This document shows positions 10,716-20,098 of a stretch of 20,550 nucleotides of DNA, one piece after another. How positions within the stretch are numbered: the stretch's first letter is position 1; each line of letters begins with the position of its first letter. The stretch covers positions 1 through 20,550 of the forward strand of contig NW_021824171.1 of assembly GCF_006345805.1 (NCBI RefSeq), given 5' to 3'. The DNA comes from Octopus sinensis (Eukaryota). The notes beneath the pieces are model-generated. The model did not search any database, was not told where the DNA came from, and was given only the letters and a program-made list of their open reading frames with translations. Position numbers and translations under genes: made by a program.

Positions 10716-10902
10716 ATATACATATATATATAGATATATACATATATAGGGAAAATTCACAAAAAGCAAAAGACGAAAACATGGGGTGTAGACAACAAAC
10801 AGATGTATTAGTATAACGCTCGGGAATTGAAAAAGTTTTTAACGTTTCGAGCCTACGCTCTTCCACAGAAAGAAACACAGAAGGAAACAAGGAGAGAAAG
10901 AA

Positions 10903-10904
<2 letters not shown>
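10519..10904 (-). repeat. Two apparently identical 156-bp cores (10519-10674, 10749-10904; period 230 bp) separated by (TA)n, each with a degenerate hammerhead-like motif
   Basis: Minus: ttt-CTGTGGA-a-gagc(gtag)gctc-GAAA-cgtt-aaa at 10608-10641 and 10838-10871. Core position 6 is U rather than A. Confidence 0.8.
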
Positions 10905-10975
<71 letters not shown>

Positions 10976-11100
10976 TAGAAAGATACATAGATAGATAGAG
11001 ATATAGATATATACATGTATGTATGTATGTATGTATGTATGTATGTATGTATGTATGTATGTATGTATGTATGTATGTATGTGTATATGTATTTATAGAT
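10905..11100. repeat. Compound (TA)n/(GA)n/(GATA)n/(TATG)n microsatellite
   Basis: Direct reading. Confidence 0.95.
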
Positions 11101-12251
11101 GTACATATGCATAATGTGTGTGAGAGTTTCAAAATATATAGTATGCTGTCTTAGACGTCAACTCTTGTGATGTTTGAACATACATAAAACGAAGACAATC
11201 ATGGAATACGGTTACATATTAATGGAAAATAATCTTTTCTGTATCTACCATCATTCATTTACAAAATGGCATTGTCCATTAAACAACTATAAAAATGCCA
11301 AAATATGACTCTTTGATAAATGCTAAAATAATTTCAAAGTGGTTTCTTGTTGGCGAATATTGTGTGAATAGTATTCGTATCGAAATATAATTCAATTTAA
11401 AATAGTTTAGTATATTTCATTTCAGACAATGTCTTTCCTCTCTTATCCTCTCTTATTCTCTCTCTGCCTACCTATCTCCTTTCTCTTACTCTCTTTCTCT
11501 CTCTGCGCTTCTTTCTCTCCTGGTTTTCTCTGTCTCTACCTCATTCTCTCACTTCGAATTAGTATTTCTTGCATTGAAAATGTCAGCCATATATCTTACT
11601 AAAACCAATAACATTCTATTTCTTTCCACTCTGTCTCTCATTTATTTCATTTAACAATTTTCTCACCGGACAGGTTCTAAGTAGTTGTCGTGAAAAGAAT
11701 GCTTCTATGTTACTTAATACGTGGAAAACTTTTAATATATATCATTTACAAAGCAATTGTATTTCATTAGTAACGTGAGCCGAAAGAGGCTGTCACGTTT
11801 CGTATTAATTGGTGAATTCACTGTAATCTGTGTGGATAATATGTCGGACTATCTGCCGAAGGTCTTTGTTCTAAATAGGCAATGCCTTATATCTATGACG
11901 AAGATATGCCGGTGTGTTTATACTCCTCAACATAACATTAGCGGTAGAAAGGGTAGATATTTATAATCGAAAACTGAAAGAGCGTCCGACACGCATTAAT
12001 CCAAATGCTTAATCATAGACTGAAGTGGATCACGTAACTGACACGTGTTTCATTAATTCGTTCCAAATACTACCAAGACTGTGAACCAGAATTCTAGCTT
12101 TGAGAGTGCATTCCTATTAAGCTAGGTCCTAATTACTCAGTCATATGACCAACTCGACATGTAGCGTGTGATACACCGTGTATGTTTACATGTAATGTTG
12201 AAATAATGGACGGAGAGTGAGATAATGTAGATTACAAATATTGGATTGTCA

Positions 12252-14008
12252 GGTGATTCTTTATTACCCACTAGGGGCGACACAGAGGGGGACACCAAAA
12301 GACATGGGGACATAGAACATTATAATTAAAATTTATGAAAAATGAATTGTTAAGTGAAAGAAAATGATAATATGAAAGCGATACTAACGGCCCCATCCGT
12401 TAGCATCACTTACCTGTCCTTTGTTTTTCATCGTCACTTGAATGTTCTTGCCAATACGAATAAATTCCATATCCATTCTTACTCCGAATACTCATCCATA
12501 TTTTCCACGAATTCATCGCTCATTCTTATATCTTTCACCTCCCAATTCTCCCTTTCACACCTCACCATAAACTCATGTATGTTCTTCTTTTCAATCACAG
12601 CATACCTAGTCTCACCAACTTCATACATTTATACTCTTCCATTAGACTTTTAACTTCTATCTGTTCAGTCATAGTACAAATGTACGGCCTGATATCGATT
12701 TCAATCTCTTGTCTGTGTGTATTATTTTTTTCTTTTGTTTGTTTTCTTGTTGGGGGGGAGCGGGTGGGTTCACTGTCTGCAGAATAGGGTGGGACTCAGA
12801 GGGTGTGGGTGGTTTTGGGGTAGATTGGTGTTCCATGTTATTTTCTTTTCCTCGTATTCTTCTCTTCCTCTTATTTCCAGCTTCCTTCCATTTCTGTGTA
12901 TTCTGTTCCTCTTCTACTGTCTCCTTCTCCTCTGGTTCTGCTTCTCTCTCTGTGGTTCGGAATCCATTTCTTTCCCTGGGGGAGGGCAGAAGGCTCTTAT
13001 GTGACCCCTCAGGCCACACTTGTAACAACGTGGAGCCCTGCCCTCCACCCACACTCTCATGATCACGTCTCCCAATCTGATGCTTTCCGCCAGGTCCACC
13101 AGTACCTCGTTCTCTGCCGTACGTTCAGCTCCACTGTTACGCCTCTCCAGCCCTCGGACTTAACCGAGCATGGAGAATATCCACTTTCTCCTCGTGGCCG
13201 CTGATCACAGCCGCCACAATCCACTCTGCCTCCACGTTGGTGGCACTCCCTCCACCCTTATTCGTGTAATCCTTCTGTTTAAATACGTAGGCAACAGTGT
13301 TACCTTTTCTGACTTCACCGCCTTCGCCGCCATCTTCCTCGCTGCAGATTCACTTTCAAAATGTACCACTACGGTACCATACTTGGATCCTCGAGTCAGA
13401 AAATTAATTTCCTCCTCCGATCTTCTCAGGGCCTCCTCTATCCACTCCATGGTTACAACTTCTACCCTCTTCCTTTCGTTTGCGAACACCCTGTAAATAA
13501 TGGTCCTCTTATCATACCATTCTTTTCTCCTGGGTGTCGGTGCCAATTCCACCTCACCGCTTTCCTTTTTCATGTATTTCTGGTAACTTGGTAGCTTGGC
13601 CAAGTCGACCCCTTTCTCTTCCGCTTTCTTGGTTACACCGGCATAGGTATAACCCAGCTTCTCGTCCAATTTCCTTGCTGCCATTTCTAGCTCCTTCTCA
13701 GACGTAGACAAGTCTGATAAAGACTCGAAAACTCCAGCCTTTTCTTCCATCAGCTTCATTGTAATTGCCTGTTCCAGTTCCTCATCTGTCGTGGACAAGT
13801 CTGTTAGAGACTCATAGTCCATTTCCTTCTGTCTGACAGACCGAAAACGGCCGCCAAAACAGAAAAAAGTTTAACGCGCCGAACCAGCGAAACGCGAAAC
13901 CGCATCAACGCCGTTCAGAATTTCCACAACAACAACAACGCTTTTTGTTCTTTTTTACCGAATTTTCAGCAGCCGAAACAAACACAACCGACCAAATGGG
14001 TAGGATTT
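12252..14008 (-). mobile_element. ORF1-only non-LTR retroelement, full copy 1
   Basis: Near-identical to copies 2 and 3; 5' end aaatcctacccatttgg; 3' end gcccctagtgggtaataaagaatcacc. Confidence 0.8.
12384..13822 (-). pseudogene. gag/ORF1-like protein, copy 1, with several 1-nt frameshifts
   Basis: Track fragments 13205-13822, 12914-13099 (contains CYKCGLRGHIRAFC) and 12669-13052 tile the protein. Most indels are in homopolymer runs. Confidence 0.75.
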
Positions 14009-15768
14009 GTGATTCTTTATTAGCCACCAGGGGGCGACACAGAGGGGGACACCACAAGACATGGGGACATAGAACATTATAATTAAAATTTATGAAAAAT
14101 GAATTGTTAAGTGAAAGAAAATGATAATATGAAAGCGATACTAACGGCCCCGTCCGTTAGCATCACTTACCTGTCCTTTGTTTTTCATCGTCACTTGAAT
14201 GTTCTTTGCCAATACGAATAAATTCCATATCCATTTTTACTCCGAAATACTCATCCATATTTTCCACGAATTCATCGCTCATTCTTATATCTTTCACCTC
14301 CCAATTCTCCCTTTCACACCTCACCATAAACTCATCTATGTTCTTCTTTTCAATCACAGCATACCTAGTCTCACCAACTTCATACCATTTATACTCTTCC
14401 ATTAGACTTTTAACTTCTTTCTGTTCAGTCATAGTACAAATGTACGGCCTGATATCGATTTCAATCTCTTGTCTGTGTGTATTATTTTTTTTCTTTTGTT
14501 TTCTTGTTGGGGGGGAGCGGGTGGGTTCAATGTCTGCATGGATAGGGTGGGACTCAGAGGGTGTGGGTGGTTTTGGGGTAGATTGGTGTTCCATATTATT
14601 TTCTTTTCCACGTATTCTTCTCTTCCTCTTATTTCCAGCTTCCTTCCATTTCTGTGTATTTTCTTCCTCTTCTACTGTCTCCTTCTCCTCTGGTTTCTGC
14701 TTCTCTCTCTGTGGTTCGGAATCCATTTCTTTCCCTGGGGGAGGGCAGAAGGCTCTTATGTGACCCCTCAGGCCACACTTGTAACAACGTGGAGCTCTGC
14801 CCTCCACCCACACTCTCATGATCACGTCTCCCAATCTGATGCTTTCCGCCAGGTCCACCAGTACCTCGTTCTCTGCCTGTACGTTCAGCTCCACTGTTAC
14901 GCCTCTCCAGCCCTCGGACTTAACCGAGGCATGGAGAATATCCACTTTCTCCTCGTGGCCGCTGATCACAGCCGCCACAATCCACTCTGCCTCCACGTTT
15001 GGTGGCACTCCCTCCACCCTTATTCGTGTAATCCTTCTGTTTAAATACGTAGGCAACAGTGTTACCTTTTCTGACTTCACCGCCTTCGCCGCCATCTTCC
15101 TCGCTGCAGATTCACTTTTAAAATGTACCACTACGGTACCATACTTGGATCCTCGAGTCAGAAAATTAATTTCCTCCTCCGATCTTCTCAGCGCTTCCTC
15201 TATCCACTCCATGGTTACAACTTCTACCCTCTTCCTTTCGTTTGCGAACACCCTGTAAATAATGGTCCTCTTATCATACCATTCTTTTCTCCTGGGTGTC
15301 GGTGATAGTTCCACCTCACCGCTTTCCTTTTTCATGTATTCTGGTAACTTGGTAGCTTGGCCAAGTCGACCCCTTTCTCTTCCGCCTTCTTGGTTACACC
15401 GGCATAAGTATAACCCAGCTTCTCGTCCAATTTCCTCGCTGCCATTTCTAGCTCCTTCTCAGACGTAGAAAAGTCTGATAAAGACTCGAAAACTCCAGCC
15501 TTTTCTTCCATCAGCTTCATTGTAATTGCCTGTTCCAGTTCCTCATCTGTCGTGGACAAGTCTGTTAGAGACTCATAGTCCATTTCCTTCTGTCTGACAG
15601 ACCGAAAACGGCCGCCAAAACAGAAAAAGTGTAACGCGCAGAACGAGCGAAACGCGAAACCGCATCAACGCCGTTCAGAATTTCCACAACAACAACAACG
15701 CTTTTTCTTCTTTTTTACCGAATTTTCAGCAGCCGAAAAAAACACAACCGACCAAATGGGTAGGATTT
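14009..15768 (-). mobile_element. ORF1-only non-LTR retroelement, full copy 2
   Basis: ~185-nt 5' UTR, ORF, ~130-nt 3' UTR; abuts copy 1 with no spacer. Confidence 0.8.
14141..15583 (-). CDS. gag/LINE ORF1-like nucleic acid chaperone, ~480 aa reconstructed (RRM-like region, CX2CX4HX4C zinc knuckle, basic linker, C-terminal domain)
   Basis: Track ORFs 15332-15583 and 14163-15335 join by restoring one T near 15340 (copies 1 and 3 read gtatttctgg). Copies 1 and 3 also lack an extra T near 14205, giving the C-terminus ...GKNIQVTMKNKGQVSDANGRGR*. The motif VWVEGRAPRCYKCGLRGHIRAFCP is typical of L1/Tx1-type ORF1. Confidence 0.75.
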
Positions 15769-15922
15769 GGTGATTCTTTATACCCACTAGGGGCGACACA
15801 GAGGGGGACACCAAAAGACATGGGGACATAGAACATATAATTAAAATTTATGAAAAATGAATTGTTAAGTGAAAGAAAATGATAGTATGAAAGCGATACA
15901 ACGGCCCCAAATGGGTAGGATT
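15769..15922 (-). mobile_element. Mini derivative A (5' ~17 nt joined to 3' ~140 nt)
   Basis: aa(a)tcctacccatttgg fused to ggccgt...aaagaatcacc. Confidence 0.8.
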
Positions 15923-17672
15923 CGATTCTTTATTACCCACCAGGGGGCGACACAGAGGGGGACACCAAAAGACATGGCGACATAGAACATTATAATTAAA
16001 ATTTATGAAAAATGAATTGTTAAGTGAAAGAAAATGATAATATGAAAGCGATACTAACGGCCCCGTCCGTTAGCATCACTTACCTGTCCTTTGTTTTTCA
16101 TCGTCACTTGAATGTTCTTGCCAATACGAATAAATTCCATATCCATTTTTACTCCGAAATACTCATCCATATTTTCCACGAATTCATCGCTCATTCTTAT
16201 ATCTTTCACCTCCCAATTCTCCCTTTCACACCTCACCATAAACTCATCTATGTTCTTCTTTTCAATCACAGCATACCTAGTCTCACCAACTTCATACCAT
16301 TTATACTCTTCCATTAGACTTTTAACTTCTTTCTGTTCAGTCATAGTACAAATGTACGGCCTGATATCGATTTCAATCTCTTGTCTGTGTGTATTATTTT
16401 TTTCTTTTGTTTTCTTGTTGGGGGGGAGCGGGTGGGTTCAATGTCTGCATGGATAGGGTGGGACTCAGAGGGTGTGGGTGGTTTTGGGGTAGATTGGTGT
16501 TCCATGTTATTTTCTTTTCCTCGTATTCTTCTCTTCCTCTTATTTCCAGCTTCCTTCCATTTCTGTGTATTCTCTTCCTCTTCTACTGTCTCCTTCTCCT
16601 CTGGTTTCTGCTTCTCTCTCTGTGGTTCGGAATCCATTTCTTTCCCTGGGGGAGGGCAGAAGGCTCTTATGTGACCCCTCAGGCCACACTTGTAACAACG
16701 TGGAGCTCTGCCCTCCACCCACACTCTCATGATCACGTCTCCCAATCTGATGCTTTCCGCCAGGTCCACCAGTACCTCGTTCTCTGCCTGTACGTTCAGC
16801 TCCACTGTTACGCCTCTCCAGCCCTCGGACTTAACCGAGGCATGGAGAATATCTACTTCCTCCTCGTGGCCGCTGATCACAGCCGCCACAATCCACTCTG
16901 CCTCCACGTTTGGTGGCACTCCCTCCACCCTTATTCGTGTAATCCTCTGTTTAAATACGTAGGTAACAGTGTTACCTTTTCTGACTTCACCGCCTTCGCC
17001 GCCATCTCCTCGCTGCAGATTCACTTTTAAAATGCACAACTACGGTACCGTACTTGGATCCTCGAGTCAGAAAATTAATTTCCTCCTCAGTTCTTCGCAG
17101 GCCTTCTCTATCCACTCCATGGTTACAACTTCTACCCTCTTCCTTTCGTTTGCGAACACCCTGTAAATAATGGTCCTCTTATCATACCATTTTTTCTCCT
17201 GGGTGTCGGTGCTAGTTCCACCTCACCGCTTTCCTTTTTCATGTATTTCTGGTAACTGGTAGCTTGGCCAAGTCGACCCCTTTCTCTTCCGCCTTCTTGG
17301 TTACACCGGCATAAGTATAACCCAGCTTCTCGTCCAATTCCTCGCTGCCATTTCTAGCTCCTTCTCAGACGTAGACAAGTCTGATAAAGACTCGAAAACT
17401 CCAGCTTTTCTTCCATCAGCTTCATTGTAATTGCCTGTTCCAGTTCCTCATCTGTCGTGGACAAGTCTGTTAGAGACTCATAGTCCATTTCTTCTGTCTG
17501 ACAGACCGAAAACGGCCGCCAAAACAGAAAAAGTGTAACGCGCAGAACGAGCGAAACGCAAAACCGCATCAACGCCGTTCAGAATTTCCACAACAACAAC
17601 AACGCTTTTTCTTCTTTTTTACCGAATTTTCAGCAGCCGAAAAAAACACAACCGACCAAATGGGTAGGATTT
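15923..17672 (-). mobile_element. ORF1-only non-LTR retroelement, full copy 3
   Basis: Same ends and body as copies 1 and 2. Confidence 0.8.
16054..17488 (-). pseudogene. gag/ORF1-like protein, copy 3, with several 1-nt frameshifts
   Basis: Track fragments 17354-17572 (MDYESL... starts at 17488), 16341-17039 (knuckle) and 16054-16344. Confidence 0.75.
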
Positions 17673-17830
17673 GGTGATTCTTTATTACCCACTAGGGGCG
17701 ACACAGAGGGGGACACCAAAAGACATGGGGACATAGAACATTATAATTAAAATTTATGAAAAATGAATTGTTAAGTGAAAGAAAATGATAGTATGAAAGC
17801 GATACCAACGGCCCCAAATGGGTAGGATTT
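17673..17830 (-). mobile_element. Mini derivative B (158 bp)
   Basis: Same fusion and diagnostic variant (gatagtatg) as mini A. Confidence 0.8.
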
Positions 17831-18200
17831 TGATTAAAAATGTAATGTCGAGTATTTATTGACCTATTTCTTTCCTTTAAAAATCGGCATGAACTTCCCG
17901 GACAACCCAAATTTGAGCATTACATGCAAATCATCTTTGCAGCTTGGTTAGCAAGAAATTGCAGAACAGTCCTCCATGAATTTTCCCGATAGAGACCACC
18001 GTTACCGTATAATTACTGGCGGAGAGTGACAAAGTGTCCAGACGGAAATATTTTGATGCGTTATTTAAATAGTCAACGTGTTTGAAGGAACGTACATTGA
18101 AGACGATCAATTCACGCATGCGTAAACGTGGTCAGCATTGTTTTCCCTTTTTCCCTTTTTATTTTTCGGATGGTCTTATAAATAAAACTAGCGTTGTTGT

Positions 18201-18616
18201 TTACTCTTTTTACTCTCTTTTACTTGTTTCAGTCATTTGACTGCGGCCATGCTGGAGCACCGCCTTTAGTCGAGCAAATCGACCCCGGGATTGACTTATT
18301 CTTTGTAAGCCCAGCACTTATTCTATCGGTCTCTTTTGCCGAACCGCTAAGTGACGAGGACGTAAACACACCAGCATCGGTTGTCAAGCAATGCTAGAGG
18401 GACAAACACAGAACACAAACACACACACACATATACATATATATACATATATACGACAGGCTTCTTTCAGTTTCCGTCTACCAAATTCATTCACAAGGCT
18501 TTGGTCGGCCCAAGGCTATAGCAGAAGACACTCGCCCAAGATGCCACGCAGTGGGACTGAACCCGGAACCATGTGGTTGGTTAGCAAGCTACTTACCACA
18601 CAGCCACTCCTGCGCC
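18201..18616 (-). mobile_element. Full-length ~400-bp tRNA-derived SINE
   Basis: Near-identical to 4204-4645. Confidence 0.92.
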
Positions 18617-18673
18617 TATTTAGTTTATTTAGTTATTTATTTATTTATTTGACTCAGGAATACTTGTTTACGT

Positions 18674-19000
18674 GAAGGCGCGTGGCTTAGTGGTAGGGGA
18701 ATTCGGCCCATGATCGTAAGGTCGTGAGTTCAATTCCCGGCGGCACGTTGTGTCCTTGAGCAAGACACTTTATTTCACGTTGCTTATGTCTACTCAGCTG
18801 GCAAAAATTGAGTAGTACCTGTATTTCAAAGGGCCAGCCTTGTCACACTCTTTGTCACGCTGAATCTCCCCGAGAACTACGTTAAGGGTACACGTGTCTG
18901 TGGAGTGCTCAGCCACTTACACGCTAATTTCACGAGCAGGCTGTTCCGTTGATTCGGATCAACCGGAACCCTCGTCGTCGTAACCGACGGAGTGCTTCCC
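18674..19000 (+). mobile_element. tRNA-derived SINE, head H2 with tail T2
   Basis: gaaggcgcgtggcttagtggtag...gagttcaattccc (A/B boxes), gtgtccttgagcaagacac body, tail shared with 3807-3990. Confidence 0.88.
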
Positions 19001-19105
19001 CATACTATTACCGCTATGTTCTCGATTTTATTATTACCGCACTAACGGTTCATTCAGAGGGTTATACGTAGAGTTCTACACCAGGTTATTAGTATCACCT
19101 ACAAA

Positions 19106-19205
19106 CTGTGGAGTGCTCAACCACTTGCACGTTAATTACACGAGCAAGCTGTTCCGTTGATCGTATCAGCGGGGACCCTCGTCGACGAAACCGACGGAGT
19201 GCTCT
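19106..19205 (+). mobile_element. Isolated T2 tail fragment
   Basis: ctgtggagtgctca...ccgacggagtgct matches 18898-18996. Confidence 0.75.
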
Positions 19206-19589
19206 TACCTACTTGTTCACTACAGGTCTATCTATTTACTTTTACTCCGCAGTCCTCGAACGCATAAATAATCAAGCAAATAATATATCGAATTATTTAA
19301 AGAGTAGAGTGACCGTATACCAAAGAAACACGCGACAAGCAGTAAAGGAACGCACGAAATAAAATCTAGCAGTGTCTTCTTAATAACAGTAACTCGTATG
19401 GGAAGATGATACTGTAAGAAGTTATTAGTGTGTTTGTGCTGTGTATGGTGAAATAAATCACGGATATAATTTCCCCCTCGATCTAATGCACACTTGCAAT
19501 TGAGAACCCATAATAATTGTGATGATGTTGAATAACATTTCTGTAGAGTAAAAGAGATTCAATTACAACCACGTGAATCCGCATTTCAT

Positions 19590-19605
19590 CTCACACACAC
19601 ACACA

Positions 19606-19665
<60 letters not shown>
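19590..19665. repeat. (CA)n(TA)n microsatellite
   Basis: Direct reading. Confidence 0.95.
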
Positions 19666-19698
19666 CTTTATTTTAAGCAGCAGAAAATTCAACAAAAT

Positions 19699-19736
19699 CT
19701 GTTAGTCTGAGTTTCTCGTTGCCGTTCATCAGACAG
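19699..19736 (-). ncRNA. Degenerate type I hammerhead-like motif within a 158-bp TA-flanked insert (19666-19823)
   Basis: Minus: ctgt-CTGATGA-acggcaacga-GAAA-ctcagacta-acag. Core and stem I intact; stems II and III mismatched. Confidence 0.5.
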
Positions 19737-19821
19737 TTTTTGCTAGAATGGAACCGATATATCAATTCCTACCACTGAGTACTCTTTTTTCCACCTTGTT
19801 TCACATTTATGTGTTTACTCC

Positions 19822-19823
<2 letters not shown>

Positions 19824-19866
<43 letters not shown>

Positions 19867-19943
19867 ATGTGTGTGTTTGTGTGTGTGTGTGTGTACAGAA
19901 ACAGAGAGATATGTAGATAAATAGATAGATACATAGATATATC

Positions 19944-19981
<38 letters not shown>

Positions 19982-20012
19982 CAGACAGGCAGACAGTTAG
20001 ATAGATAGATAA

Positions 20013-20097
<85 letters not shown>

Positions 20098-20098
20098 C
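19824..20098. repeat. Compound (TA)n/(GT)n/(GATA)n microsatellite
   Basis: Direct reading. Confidence 0.95.

Noticed and set aside
217-11132. Many track ORFs rich in YI/IY, VC, TH or LSIY repeats
   Set aside because: They are translations of microsatellites, with no coding signature.
13710-13735. ctgataaagactcgaaa in each array copy, hammerhead-like at a glance
   Set aside because: G8 is absent, there is no proper stem II, and it is explained by the antisense of the ESLSDL coding repeat.
12354-17166. Plus-strand ORFs over the array (up to 213 aa)
   Set aside because: Antisense shadows of the purine-rich minus-strand ORF1; no recognisable motifs.
12252-17830. LTR, Helitron or CRISPR interpretation of the array
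   Set aside because: No TG...CA LTRs or PBS/PPT, no TC...CTRR ends with a hairpin, and no repeat-spacer pattern. The SINE-shared tail favours a non-LTR mechanism.
12239-17910. TA-ttggattgtcagg (12241-12253) versus ccggacaacccaa (17898-17910) as mariner-like TIRs of a MITE split by the array
   Set aside because: Only 11 of 13 positions match, the match does not extend inward and there is no TA at the right end; too weak to call.
946-18740. tRNA genes
   Set aside because: All tRNA-like segments run into SINE bodies and lack a complete cloverleaf and terminator.
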